DNA of 62,287 bases, counting the filler, from Chiloscyllium plagiosum (lineage: Eukaryota), in the NCBI RefSeq assembly GCF_004010195.1. It is 3 parts of one record of this genome, joined end to end, with 100 filler letters (N's around TTAATTAATTAA, not from the genome) between each part and the next. Parts side by side here need not be neighbours in the genome. Positions count along the whole stretch, not along the records: positions 26,699 to 48,583 come from NC_057716.1; 2 more parts are not named here. One strand, given 5' to 3'. Within the stretch, counting starts at the first letter, position 1, and each line of letters starts with the position of its first letter. Under the pieces are notes generated by a model. That model had not been told where the DNA came from. It was given only the letters and a program-made list of their open reading frames with translations, and ran no database searches. Made by a program: the position numbers and the translations under genes. This document shows, one piece after another, positions 36,401-48,683 of the stretch.

Positions 36401-37965
36401 AAGAGGTGTTATCAATTCCAGAAGGAATGAAAGTAGACAAGTCCCCTGGGCCAGATGGGATTTATTCACGGGTTCTCTGGGATGCTATGGAGGAGATACA
36501 GAGCCTTTGGCTTTGATAGTTGAGTCATCACTGTCTACAGGTTTAGTACCAGAGGACTGGAGGATTGCAAATGTTGTGCCCTTGTTCAAAAAGGGCAGTA
36601 GAGATGACCTAGGTAATTATAGACCAGTAAGCCTAACTTCTGTTGTAGGAAAGGTTTTGGAAAGGATTATAAGAGATAAGAGTTATACTCATCTAGCAAG
36701 CAATAATTTGATTTCACATAGTCAACATGGTTTCATCAAGGGCAGGTCGTGTCTCACAAACCTCATTGAGTTTTTTGAGAAGGTGACCAAGCATGTAGAT
36801 GAGGTTAGGGCAGTTGATGTGGTATACTTGGACTTCAGTAAAGCCTTTGATAAGGTTCCACATGGTAGGCTGATGGAGAAAATGCAGAGGCATGGAATTG
36901 AGGGTGATTTAGCAGTTTGGATTAGAAACTGGCTTTTTGGAATAAGGCAGCGAGTGGTAGTTGATGGAAAATATTCAGTCTGGAGTCCAGTTTGTTAGTG
37001 GTGTGCCACAAGGATCTGGTTTGGGACCACTGCTGTTTGTCATTTTTATAAATGACTTAGACGCCGGCATAGGTGGATGGATTAGTAAATTTGCAGACGA
37101 CACTAAAGTCGGTGGAGTAGTGGAGTTTGGAAGAATATTACAGGTTCCAGGGGGACTTGGATAAACTGCAGAAGTGGGCAGAGAGGTGGCAATTGGAGTT
37201 CAATGCAGCTAAATGTGAGGTGATGCACTTTGGGAAGAATAACAGGAAGGCAGAGGTCAATGGAAAGACTCTCGGTAGTGTGGATGTGCAGAGGGATCTT
37301 GGAGTCCATGTACATAGGTCCCTGAAAGTTGCCACCCAGGTGGATAGTGCTGTTAAGAAGGCATACGGTGTGTTAGGTCTCAGTGGTAGAGGGATTGAGT
37401 TCCGGAACCGCAGTGTCATGCTGCAACTATACAAAACACTAGTGCGGTCACACTTGAAATATTGTATACAGTTCTGGTCGCCCCATGACAGAAAGGATGT
37501 GGAAGCATTAGGAAAGGTGCAGAGGAGATTTACCAGGATGTTGCCTGGTCTGAAGGGAAGGTCTTATGAGGAAAGGCTGAGAGACTTGGGTCTGTTCTCA
37601 TTGGAGAGAAGAAGGCTAAGGGGGGATTTGATAAAGACATACAAGATGATCAGAGGATTACATAGGGTAGACAGTGAAAGACTTTTTCCTAGGATGATGA
37701 TGTCAGCTTGTACGAGAGGGCATAACTACAAATTGAGGGGGGATAGATTTAAGACAGATGTCAGAGGTGAGTTCTTTACGCAGAGAGTGGTAAGGGCGTG
37801 GAATGCCCTACCTGCTAATGTAGACAACTCAGCCACATTAGGGAAATTTAAACAATCCTTAGATAAGCCCATGGATGATTTTGGGATAGTGTAGGGGGAC
37901 GAGCTTAGAATAGTTCACAGGCGTAACATTGAGGGTCAGAGGGCCTATTCTGTGCTGTATTGTTC
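33455..37965 (+). mobile_element. Near full-length decayed CR1 LINE (5' UTR, ORF1 Zn-finger/coiled-coil plus SGNH esterase, ORF2 APE-RT)
   Basis: ORF1: CSTC..CRKC..LQDRVRELERELDEL, LPGARV, HVGTND, DGPHLN. ORF2: YFNARSI...FADDTK...FFTQRVV. Multiple stops and frameshifts. Confidence 0.95.
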
Positions 37966-38925
37966 TAACACTATTATCTCCTTGAGACTGATTACTAAAC
38001 TTGGTGATCTCAGACTCAGCCCCACTGTCTACAACTGGATCCTCAGTTTCCTGACCCACAGGCCCATCAGTGAAGATTGGGGATAATATTTCATCCTCAC
38101 TAACACTCAACACTGAAGCCCCCCCAGTGGTGCATACTCAGTCTCCTACTGTACTCACGGTATACCCATGACTGTGTCGCCAAATACCAGACTAAAACCA
38201 AGGAACTCATTATTGACTTACAGCGGGAAGTAACTAATGCGCACCACTCCCCCCCCCCCTCCCCCACTTAACATTGATAGCACAGAGGTGGAACGAGTGG
38301 AGTGTGTCAAGCTCCTGATTGTTGTCACCCATACCAAGCTTTCTTGGACTGTTCATGTGGATGCACTGGTTACAAAGGCCCAACAATGGCTCTTCTTCCT
38401 CAGGCAGCTGAGGAAATTTGGCATGACGGCAAATACCCTTGCCAACTTTTATAGGTGCGCCATCGAGAGCATTCTGTCTAGATTTTTCACTACCTGGTAT
38501 GGCAACTGTTACATTCAAGATCAGAGTCTGTTACAGAGAGTGGTGAACTCGGCCCGGACAATCACAAAGGCCAACCTCTCGTCTATCAAATCCCTCTACT
38601 AGGCCTGCTGTCAAGGAAAGGCCGCCAGCATTCTCAAAGGTCCATCCCACCCTGGCATTGTTTTTCTACAACCTCTACCATCGGAGAGAAAGTACAGAAG
38701 CTTGAACACACACGCAGGCTGGTTTCCTAACAGTATCTACCCTACTGTTGTTAGAATACTGAATGGACTCACAAAGTCTTAACATTCGCCCGTACCTGTG
38801 TTTTTTTCTTGCCGCTGTTTACCTGTTATTTACTATCTATGCTACTTAACTCTGTGATCTGCCTGTGTTGATCACAAGATAAAGCTTTTCACTGTGCCTT
38901 GGTACACCTGATAATAAATTCAATT
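37965..38925 (+). mobile_element. Rex1/Babar-type LINE 3' half (5' continuation at about 33385-33455, split by the CR1)
   Basis: HLDTKNSYVRILLIDDSSVF | NTII..LITKL..NWILSFLT; KAQQWLFFLRQLRKFG..NFYRCAIESIL..WYGNC; tail aaagcttttcactgt...aataaattcaattc. Confidence 0.8.
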
Positions 38926-41065
38926 CCTGGCTAACCTGTAACTCTCAAGCACCCTAATTGAGCCTTCACGTCTCATCCTAACATAAGCCTTCTTCTTCCT
39001 CTTGACAAGAGATTCAACTTCTTTAATAAACCATGGCTCCCTCACTTGAACACTTCCTCCCTGTCTGACAGGTACATACTTATCAAGAACTCACAGTAGC
39101 TGTTCCTTGAATAAACACATTTCGATTGAACCCATCCCCTGCAGTTTCATTTCCCATCCTACGCATCCTAAATCTTGCCTAGTCACATCACAATTGCCTT
39201 GCCCCCAGCAATAACTCTTGCCCTGCGGTATATACCTATCCCTTTGCATCACTAGAGTAAACATAACTGAATTCTGGTCACTATTACCAAAGTGCTCACA
39301 TACCTCCAATATTAACACCTGGCCAGGTTCATTACCCAGTATCAAATCCAATGTGACATTGCCCCTTGTTGGCTTGTCTATACATTGTGTTAGGAAACCA
39401 TCCTGCACCCACTGGACAAAAACTGACCCATTCTAAAGTACTCGGACTATAGTATTTCCAGTCAATATTTGGAAAGTTAAAGCCCCCATAACAACTGCCC
39501 TGTCACTATCGCTCCTAACAAGAACCATCTTTGCAATCTTTCCTCTATATGTCTGGACCTATTCAGAGGCCTATGGAAAACTCCCAACAGGGTAACCTTT
39601 CCTTTCCTGTTTCTAACCTCAGCTCATACTACCTCAGGAGACGAGTCCTCAAACATCCTGTCCGTTACCGTAATACTGTCCTTGACTAACAATGCCATAC
39701 CTCTCCCTCTGATACCACCTTCTGTGTTCTTACTGAAACATCTAAACCCTGAAACCTGCAACAACCATTCCTGTCCCTGCTCTATCCATGTCTTCGAAAT
39801 GGCCATAACATTGAAGTCCCATGTGCCAACCTGTGCTGCAAGTTCACTCACCTTATTCTGGGTGCTCCTGGCGTTGAAGTAAGCACACTTCAAACTACCT
39901 TCCTGATTGCCGGTGAACTCTTGCGACCTTGAAATCATATTTCTGACCTCACTACTCTCAACCTCCTGGACACTGGAACTACAATTTAGGTTCCCATCCC
40001 CCTGCTGCATTAATTTAAACCCTCCCAAAGAGCATTGGCAAATTTCCCCTGCCAGGATATTGGTACCCCTCTAGTTCAAGTGTAGACCATCCTGTTTGTA
40101 GAACTCCCACCTACCTAGAACAAGCCCAAATTATCCAGATGTTTCAAACCCTCCCTCCTGAACCATGCCTGTCGCCATGTGTTCAAGTCTTCTCTCTCCA
40201 CAATCCTCGCCTCGCTAGCACGTGGCGCAGGTAACGAACCAGAGTTAACAACTTTGCTTGTTCTAGCTCTATGCTTCCACCCTTCTGCCTTAAATCTCCA
40301 TCCCTTTTCCTACCCATGTTAGTACCTCTGCGGACCATGACTTGGGGCTGCTCCCTCTCCCTCTCAAGGATCCTGAAAACATGATCGGAGACATCACAAA
40401 CCCTGGCACCTGGGAGGCAACACACCAATCCTAAATCTCTTTTGCCCCCAAAGAACCTATCTGTCCCCCGAACTATGGAGTCCCCAATGACTAATGCTCT
40501 GTTCCTGTTCCCCCTTCCTTTCTGAGCAACAGAAACAGACCTGTAGCCCGTGGCTTACCCCTGTTAAGACATCCCCCACAACAGTATCCAAAACGGTATA
40601 CTTGTTATTGAGGGGAATGGCACAGGGGTTCCATTCACTGTCTGTCAATTCCCTTTCTGTCCCCTGACAGTAACCCAACTGACTTTTTCTTGTACCTGAG
40701 GTGTGACTACCTCCCTGTAACTCCTCTCAAAAACCTCCTCTGTCTCCCAAACAATCCAAAGTTCATCCAGCTCCAGTTCCCTAATGTGGTTTTCAAGGAG
40801 CTGGAAATGGATGCACTACCCGAGATGAAGTCAGCAAGGACACTAGTGGTGACCCTTGCCTCCCACATCCTGCAGGAGGTACATTCAACTGCCCTACCCA
40901 CCATTCCCATTGTTCTAAGTTCCGAAAGAGAGTGGAGAAAGATAAAGGATATAAAAAACTAGTTACTTTAGCAATCCGGTGCACAGAACCTATTTTATTG
41001 GTTAGAGGAGGTGGATGGGTGGAAGACACTACCTTAGTAGTATTTTGGCTAACACAATCACCCAT
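38925..41065 (-). mobile_element. CR1 LINE 5' half (ORF1 and endonuclease), decayed
   Basis: CTSCRMWE, CLPGARV, YFNARS and LDLILGNEPG on the minus strand. Confidence 0.9.
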
Positions 41066-42680
41066 AGAACATAGAGCAATGCAGCGCAGAACAGGCCCTT
41101 CGACCCTCGACGTTGCGCCGACCTGTGAACTATTCTCAGCTTGTCCCCCTACACTATCCCAAAATCATCCATGTGCTTATCTATGGATTGTTTAAATTTC
41201 CCTAATGTGGCTGAGTTGACTACATTAGCAGGTAGGGCATTCCACCCCCTTACCACTCTCTGCATAAAGAACTCACCTCTGACATCTGTCTTAAATCCAT
41301 CCCCTGGGGAGAAAGTGAGGTCTGCAGATGCTGGAGATCAGAGATGAAAACGTGTTGCTGGAACAGCGCAGCAGGTCAGGCAGCATCCAGGGAACAGGAT
41401 AATCGACGTTTCGGGCATAAACCCGAAGAAGGGCTTATGCTTGAAACATCGATTCTCCTGTTCCCTGGATGCTGCCTGACCTGCTGCGCTGTTCCAGCAA
41501 CACATTTTCAGCTTAAATCTATCCCCCCTCAATTTGTAGTTATGCCCTCTCGTACAAGATGACGTCATCATCCTACGAAAAAGTCTTTCACTGTCTACCC
41601 TATCTAATCCTCTGATCATCTTGTATGTCTCTATCAAATTCCCCCTTAGACTTCTTCTCTCCAATGAGAACCAGCCTTTCCTCATAAGACCTTCCCTCCA
41701 GACCAGGCAACATCCTGGTAAATCTCCTCTGCACCTTTTCCAATGCTTCCACATCCTTTCTGTCATGGGGCGACCAGAACTGTACACAATATTTCAAGTG
41801 TGGCCGCACCAGCGTTTTGTATAGTTGCAGCATGATATTGCAGCTCCAGAACTCAATCCCTCTACCAATGAAACCTAACACACCATAGTCCTTGTTAACA
41901 GCACTATCCACCTGGGTGACAACTTTCAGGGATCTATGTACATGGACTCCAAGAACCCTCTGCACATTCACACTACCAAGAACCTTTCCATTGACCCAGT
42001 ACTCTGCCTTCGTGTTATTCTTCCCAAAGTGCATCACCTCACATTTAGCTGCATTGAACTCCATTTGCCACCTCTCTGCCCAATTCTGCAGTTTATCCAA
42101 GTCCCCCTGGAACCTGTAATATTCTTCCAAACTGTCCACTACTCCACCGACTTTAGTGTCGTCTGAAAATTTACTAATCCATCCACCTAAGCCTATGTCT
42201 AATTCATTGATAAAAATGACAAACAGCAGTGGTCCCAAACCAGATCCTTGTGGCACACCACTAGTAACCGGACTCCAGGCTGAATATTTTCCATCGACCA
42301 CCACTCGCTGCCTTCTTCCAAAAAGCCAGTTTCTAATCCAAACTGCTAAATCACCCTCAATCCCATGCCTCTGCATTTTCTCCATCAGCCTACCATGTGG
42401 AACTTTATCAAAGACTTTACTGAAGTCCATGTATACCACGTCAACTTCCCTAACCTCATCTACATGCTTGGTCACCTTCTCAAAAAAACTCAATGAGGTT
42501 TGTGAGACACGACCTGCCCTTGACGAAACCATGTTGACTATCTGAAATCAAATTGTTGCTTGCTAGATGATTATAAATCTTATCTCTCATAATCCTTTCC
42601 AAAACCTTTCCTACAACAGGAGTAAGGCTCACTAGTCTATAATTACCTAGGTCATCTCTGCTGTCCTTCTTGAACAAATT
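41066..42680 (-). mobile_element. CR1 LINE RT/3' region
   Basis: ORF 41600-42532; same subfamily as 36500-37965. Confidence 0.93.
41305..41511. mobile_element. Fold-back Penelope-derived mini-element inserted in CR1
   Basis: Inverted arms. TSD cttaaatc(c/t)atcccc at 41290-41304 and 41512-41526. Confidence 0.82.
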
Positions 42681-42689
42681 TATTACTTC

Positions 42690-42978
42690 ACTTAAACAGG
42701 CCCTTCGGCCCAACAAGTCCACACCGACCCGCAGAAGCGCAACCCACCCAGATCCATTCCCTTACCCTTACCCCGTCACCTAACACTAGGGGCAATTTAG
42801 CATGGCCAATTCACCTTACCTGCACATTTTTGGACTGTGGGAGGAAACCGGAGCACCCATAGGAAACCCACGCAGACATGGAGAGAATGTGCAAACTCCA
42901 CACAGTCAGTCGCCTGAGGCGGGAATTGAACCCGGGTCTCTGGTGCTGTGAGGCAGCAGTGCTAACCACTGTGCCAAC
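42690..42978 (-). mobile_element. HE1-type SINE
   Basis: Reverse complement of 26169-26460. A more decayed copy lies at about 43570-43810. Confidence 0.88.
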
Positions 42979-44033
42979 GTACTACCCAAACTTGGCTTGC
43001 TTTTACTTGAACATCAGAGGCTGAGGTGTCTGAAAGAAGTTAACAAAATTATAAGAGGCATGAAACTTTAAAAGAGTTCAGAAAAGATTTACAAGAATGT
43101 TGGCAGGGTTGGAGGGTTTGAGCTTTAGCGAGAGGCTGAATAGGCTGGGGCTGTTTTCTCTGGAGGGTTGGAGGCTGAGGGGTGACCTTGCAGAGGTTCA
43201 TAAAGTGATGAGAGGCATGGATCGGATAAATAGGCAAGATCTTTTCCCTGGGATGGGGGAGTCCAGAACTAGAGGGCATAAATTTAGGGTGTGAGGGGAA
43301 AGATATAAAAGGGTCCTAAGGGACAACTTTTTCACGCAAAGGGTGGTGCGTGTATGGGATGAGGTGCCAGAGGAAGTGGTGGACGCTGGTACAATTACAA
43401 CATTTAAAATACACCTGCATGGGTACATGAATAGGAAGGGTTTAGAGGAATATGGGCCGAGTGCTGACAAATGGGACTAGATTAATTTATGATATCTGAT
43501 CAGTATAGATAGGTTGGACTGAAGGGTCTGTTTCCGTGTTGTACATCTCTATAACTCTGTGACACTTCAAACAGCATTCCACCCAGACCCATCGGCTGCC
43601 CCATCTCTGTAAACCAGCACTTCCCGTGGCTAACCCCCCCTAACCTGCACACTGTGGGCAATTTAGCATGGCCAATCCATCTTCAGACTGTGGGAAGAAA
43701 CAGAAGCACTCGGAGGAAACCCATGGGAAGAATGTGCAAATTCCACACAGTCACCCGAGGCTGGAATTAAACCCCAGGTCCTTGGCACTGTGAGCCACAA
43801 TGCCACCCTGGTTTGATAGGTTTGTGAATCATGATCTTCCCTTCACAAATACACTTTGACTTTGTATAATCCATTTGGTATTTTCTAAACATCCTGTTAT
43901 CACATCTTTATAAATAGACTCCAGTATTTTGGTCAGACCATGTTTGGGAGGTCATGTTTTGGCTGTACAGGACATTGGTGAAGCCACTTTTACAATACTG
44001 TATATAATTCTCATTGCCCAATCTATAAGAAGG

Positions 44034-44245
44034 TAAAAACAAGGACTGTAGATGCTGGAAACCAGATTCTAGATTAGAGTGGTGCTAGAAAAATCACAGC
44101 AGTTCAGGCAGCATCCGAGGAGCAGGAAAATCGACGTTTCAGGCCTCTATTCCTGATGAAGGGCTTTTGCTCGAAATGTCGATTTTCTTGCTCCTCGGAT
44201 GCTGCCTGAACTGCTGTGCTTTTCCAGCACCACTCTAATATAGAA
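44034..44245. mobile_element. Fold-back Penelope-derived mini-element inserted in CR1
   Basis: Inverted arms. TSD tataagaagg at 44024-44033 and 44246-44255. Confidence 0.82.
44153..44180 (+). ncRNA. Minimal hammerhead motif (slightly degenerate)
   Basis: CTGATGA-A-GGGC tttt GCTC-GAAA-TGTC. Confidence 0.6.
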
Positions 44246-44829
44246 TATAAGAAGGATGGTGTTAAACTTGAGAGAGTTTACAGGAATATTGCCAGGACTG
44301 GAGTGTTTGAGTTATAAAGAGTGGCTGAATAGGCTCGACCTGTTTTCCCTGGAGCGTCAGAGGATGAGGGGTGACCTTACATATAATAATGAGGGGCATA
44401 GATAGGGCGAATAGTCAGAGTCTTTTCCCCAGGATAGGGGAGTCCAAAACTCGAAAGCATAGGTTTACGGTGAAAGAGTAAAGATTTAAAATGACCTTAG
44501 GGGCAACTTTTTCACACAGCGGGGAATGTGTATGTAATGAGCTGCCAGAGAAAGTGTTGGTACAATTACAACATTTATAAGGCATCTAGATGGTTAATGA
44601 ATAGGAAGGGTTCAGAGCGATATGGGCAGGTGCTGGCAAATGGGACCTGATCTGATTGGATGTCTGGTCAGGCAGATGAGTTGGAGCAAAGGGTCTGTTT
44701 ATATGCTGTAAGACTCTTGTTTTCTCTGTCACTAACTTTCGGAGCATAGCCCTTTCACCAGATGAAGTGAGACAGAAGCACACAGACACAGAATTTTAGG
44801 CAGAGAGATCACTTAAATGGATTATAGAT

Positions 44830-45490
44830 TCAACTCCAAAAAGACCCCACCAGCAGGGATATATTTCCCTCCCCACCCCTTTCCGCCTCCGCAAAGACTG
44901 TTCCCTCCATGACTACCTGGTCAGGTCCACGTCCCCCTACAACCCACCCTCCCATCCTGGCACCTTCCCCTGCCACCGCAGGAACTGTAAAACCTGTGCC
45001 CACACCTCCTCCCTCACCTCCATCCAAGGCCCTAAAGGAGCCTTCCACATCCATCAAAGTTCTACCTGCACATCCACTAATATCATCTATTGTATCCGTT
45101 GCTCCCAATGCGGTCTCCTCTACATTGGGGAGACTGGACACCTCCTAGCAGAGCGCTTTAGGGAACATCTCAGAGACACCCGCACCAATCAACCAAACCG
45201 CCCCGTGGCCCAACATTTCAACTCCCCCTCCCACTCCTGCGAGGAGGTTGAGCAATTCATCAACTTCACCAACACATTCCACCCTGACCTTAAATTTACC
45301 TGGACCATCTCTGACACCTCCCTCCCCTTCCTTCCACGCTTCAGGCTCACTGCCTTTATTCCTGATGAAGGGCTTTTACCCGAAATGCAATTTTACTGCT
45401 CCTCGGATGCTGCCTGAACTGCTGTGCTCTTCCAGCACCACTGATCCAGAATCTGGTTTCCAGCATCTGCAGTCATTGTTTTTACCTCAC
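44830..45490 (+). mobile_element. Penelope-like element remnant (Neptune-type GIY-YIG, RT scrap, terminal repeat)
   Basis: From about 44959: GTFPCHRRNCKTCAH...STNIIYCIRCSQCGLLYIGETGHLLAERFREHL...VAQHFN. Then an RT fragment FINFTNTFHPDLKFTWTISDTSLPFL, then a terminal repeat with CTGATGA core at 45362. Confidence 0.88.
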
Positions 45491-45499
45491 TTTTTATTC

Positions 45500-45710
45500 A
45501 GCTGTTAACACTTTACTCACACTGCCTGACACTCTCAGTCACCTGCTGAGACTTATTTCTGACACTACACTCACTATTTGTACTATCTTTTGATCTCTCT
45601 GTACCTATGAACCCTATCTGTGTGTTTCCCTCCAGGCCCTGATGAAGGAGCAGCGCTCTGACAGCTGCTGTTTCCAATATAACCTGATGTTGTGGGATAT
45701 CTGACCCTCC
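45500..45710 (+). mobile_element. Terminal repeat of another PLE subfamily with decayed hammerhead
   Basis: CTGATGA-A-GGAGC agc GCTCT-GACA-GCT at about 45639. A related decayed motif lies on the minus strand at about 44731-44762. Confidence 0.55.
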
Positions 45711-45911
45711 ACATCACCACCTCCCTGTTACTGACACTAGGCTGAAGCTAAACTTCCAAAAAGATTCAGAAAACTAAGTATTAAAACTTTAACCCGCCGT
45801 TGCACAATCAAACCCAAGAACAGTACTTCCACACCCTGAAAAAAATCTAGAACATTCCACAAAGACAACGCTCGGCGGTTTGAGCCGGAATTATGGGATG
45901 GGCAAAGGGAA

Positions 45912-46158
45912 TGGGAGGGGCCTGGTGTCAGGGGCGGGGCCTGGTGTCAGGGGCGGGGCCTGGTATCAGGGGCGGGGCCTGGTGTCAGGGGCGGGGCCTG
46001 GTTTCAGGGGCGGGGCCTGGTGTCAGGGGCAGGGCTCGTTGTCAGGGGCGGGGCTCGTTGCTATGGTTCCTCAGACCGTTCGTTAAGGACCAGCGGAAAT
46101 GGGCTATGTTGATGACGTTAGTTCCGGATCCTGACACACTAACAACAAATAATACAAG
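45912..46158 (+). promoter_or_regulatory. RETREG promoter: tandem GC-box (Sp/KLF) array with RFX-, ETS- and CRE-like motifs
   Basis: 19-bp unit ggggcggggcctggtgtca gives perfect GGGGCGGGGC at 45931, 45950, 45969, 45988, 46007 and 46045. Also X-box-like gttgctatggttcc at 46057-46070, gcggaaat near 46093 and tgacgtta near 46113. CpG-rich and directly upstream of the ATG. Confidence 0.75.
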
Positions 46159-46616
46159 ATGTCGGCGGCTGAGGGTGAAATAGAAACATCCGCCCGAGAG
46201 CTACCCGGGGAACCGGAACCGGGGTCGGGGCCTGGAGCTGGGGGTCCAGAGAAACCGGGGCCTGGAGCTGGGGGACCGGGGGGACCGGGGCCTGGAGCTG
46301 GGGGACCGGAGGGACCGGGGCCTGGAGCTGGGGGACCGGGGAGAATGGGACTGGGAACTGGAGAGTTAGGTAGAGAGGGACCAGGGTCTTGGACAGAGGG
46401 GTCGGGCCCTGGGGTGGAGAGACCGGGGAGAGAGGGAGCGGAGGAAGCTTGGTCTCCGGCCCCGGGTGACGGTGCGGATGTGCAGCGGATTGAGGAGCGC
46501 TGGCGGCGGCTGCTGTGTCGATGTGAGCCGGCCCTGATCTACCTGCAGAGCCTGTTGGTGTGGGAGCAACCGCTGCAAAGCGGCCTGATGCTTCTCGGTC
46601 TCTCCGGCCTCTTCTG
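46159..46616 (+). CDS. RETREG: Reticulophagy regulator (RETREG/FAM134 family, RETREG2/3-like), first coding exon
   Basis: ATG downstream of a GC-rich promoter. Low-complexity Gly/Pro N-terminus, then EPALIYLQSLLVWEQPLQSGLMLLGLSGLFW, matching the FAM134 motif LLVWE[KR]PxxS...LFW at the start of the reticulon-homology domain. Donor TTCTG|gtaaag (phase 2). Paralog identity uncertain. Confidence 0.85.
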
Positions 46617-48148
46617 GTAAAGATCCTTTGTCACTGGATTGGGGTACTCCTCGGTAGAAATGGTTCCGAGAGGTTTGTCGGGGCCAGTATCTCTGTCTCC
46701 CATCCTGGAGACCAGTGATTATTACTCAAATGTGAAGGGGGCGGGTTTCCATCCTGCGGCCAATGATCCCCGAAAACCTGAGGGGAGGAATGCTTCTACC
46801 TTGTGGCCTGCGGCCAATTCTATACCTAAATACATATAACAAAACGTATTTGGTTATTTAGATGAGTGCTTGAAACATCATAGCATACGAGGCCACTGAC
46901 CAAGTGCTGGAAAATAGCATTAGAATAGATGGATATCTGATAACCAGTCGCAACAATGGGCCAAGAGGACCATTTAGCATGGTATAAAAAGTCTATGACT
47001 CCACTCTGACCTGAGTTCTATATTGACTGTTTGTTGGAGTCTTTGTCCAAATTGGCTGCCAATTTTCTACAAAAAGTGATTTGAAGCATTTAATTGGACT
47101 GTATCTAACATGTTTTAAACCATAAAAGGATACTAGGTTGATGGTATGCTTGTTTAAAATTTTCTTATCAAGAAAGATTGAGTAAATTGGGCATTGAAGT
47201 TTGGAAGAATGAGGGAAAGAGCACATTGGATCCCCTAAGAATCTTGTCTGTTTCGTTGTGTAGATGTGAGGAAGTTGTTTCCCTTTTGGGAGTCTAGGAC
47301 CAGAGGGCATCATCTGAGTAAGGAGTTGTCCAGAGCGTAATGAATCTGTGGAATTCTTTACTGCAGGGAGCTGTTGAGTCTGGGTTGTTAAATATTATAA
47401 AATTATTCACCAGTAAGGGAATCCAGGGATATTGGGGAAAAGGCAGAATGTAGAATTGCTGATTATAGACTAGCTATGATCTCATTGAATAGCAAAGCTG
47501 TCTTGATGGACAAATGACTTGTGCTCCAATGTCATGATTTTTAAATGTCCATAGTTGTGAAAAGCATTTTATAAATTTAAGGAATTCTTTATGTTAAACA
47601 GTAGCTGAGATCCTTGGCTGTATTGATACAGGAATAGAATTTGCTTAAGCATTCATAAATCTGTTTTTTAACAGATTCCTCAAATCCCCACTGCCTACAA
47701 TAGTCTGTCTGTCATCCTATGTCTCTCTTCCTGCACTCAACTTTGTATCTTTTTTAATTCTTTTGTTTTTTTTTAATTCATTTGTGGGATGTGGCATCGG
47801 TGGCTGGCCGGCATTAATTGCCCAAACATACAAACTATATTGTTTTGAATTTCTATGCTTTCAATTTAGTCAATTTAGCTGAGTGACTTGCATCTTTTTG
47901 ACTATTTGCTCCAAGAGCTTCTCCAGGGCAGCCCACCATGTGGAACCTTATCAAAAGCTTTAATGAAATCCATACAGACTGTCTATTGCCCTGCCCTCAT
48001 CAACCCTCCTGGTCACTGCTTCAAAGAACTCCACCAAATTTGTAAGGCATGATCTCCCATGCACAAAGCTATGCTGACTACTCCCAATCAAATCCTATCT
48101 TTCCAAATGCATGTATGTCTTATCCCTCAAGATCTTCTCAAGTAACTG

Positions 48149-48375
48149 GAGAAAGTGAGGTCTGCAGATGCTGGAGATCAAAGTTGAAACTTTATTGCTG
48201 GAACAGCACAGCAGGTCAGGCAGCATCCAGGGAACAGGAGATTCGATGTTTCGGGCACAGGCCCTTCTTCAGGAATGAGCAGAGAGTGTTCAGCAGGAGA
48301 AGATAAAAGGTAGGGAGGAGGGACTTGGAGGAGGGGAGTTGGAAATGTGATAGGTGGAAAGAGGTCAAGGTGAGG
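48149..48375 (-). mobile_element. Penelope terminal repeat inserted among CR1 fragments
   Basis: gagaaagtgaggtctgcagatgctgg arm, hammerhead at 48245-48272, and a purine-rich extension (C-rich UTR on the minus strand). Confidence 0.72.
48245..48272 (-). ncRNA. Minimal type I hammerhead ribozyme motif
   Basis: Minus strand attc-CTGAAGA-A-GGGC ctgt GCCC-GAAA-CATC-gaat, with a perfect 4-bp stem I (attc/gaat). Confidence 0.68.
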
Positions 48376-48583
48376 GCTTTATCAAATGCCTTACTGAAGT
48401 CCATATACACCACATCAACCGCTTTACCATCATCAACATGTATTGTCACCTTCTCAAAGATCTCAATAAGGCTAGTGAGGCACGACCTACCCTTCACAAA
48501 ACCGTGCTGACTATCCCTAATCAAATTATTCTTTTCTAGATGATTATAAAGGAGAAAGTGAGGTCTGCAGATGCTGGAGATCA

Positions 48584-48683
48584 NNNNNNNNNNNNNNNNN
48601 NNNNNNNNNNNNNNNNNNNNNNNNNNNTTAATTAATTAANNNNNNNNNNNNNNNNNNNNNNNNNNNNNNNNNNNNNNNNNNNN
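48584..48683. other. Artificial scaffold spacer
   Basis: Identical N44-TTAATTAATTAA-N44 structure. Confidence 0.95.

Larger units (their letters stand above)
43065..44720 (+). mobile_element. Two CR1 3' fragments (about 43065-43560 and 43930-44720)
   Basis: RLGLFSLE..RLRGDL and NFFTQR motifs with CR1 tails. Confidence 0.82.
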
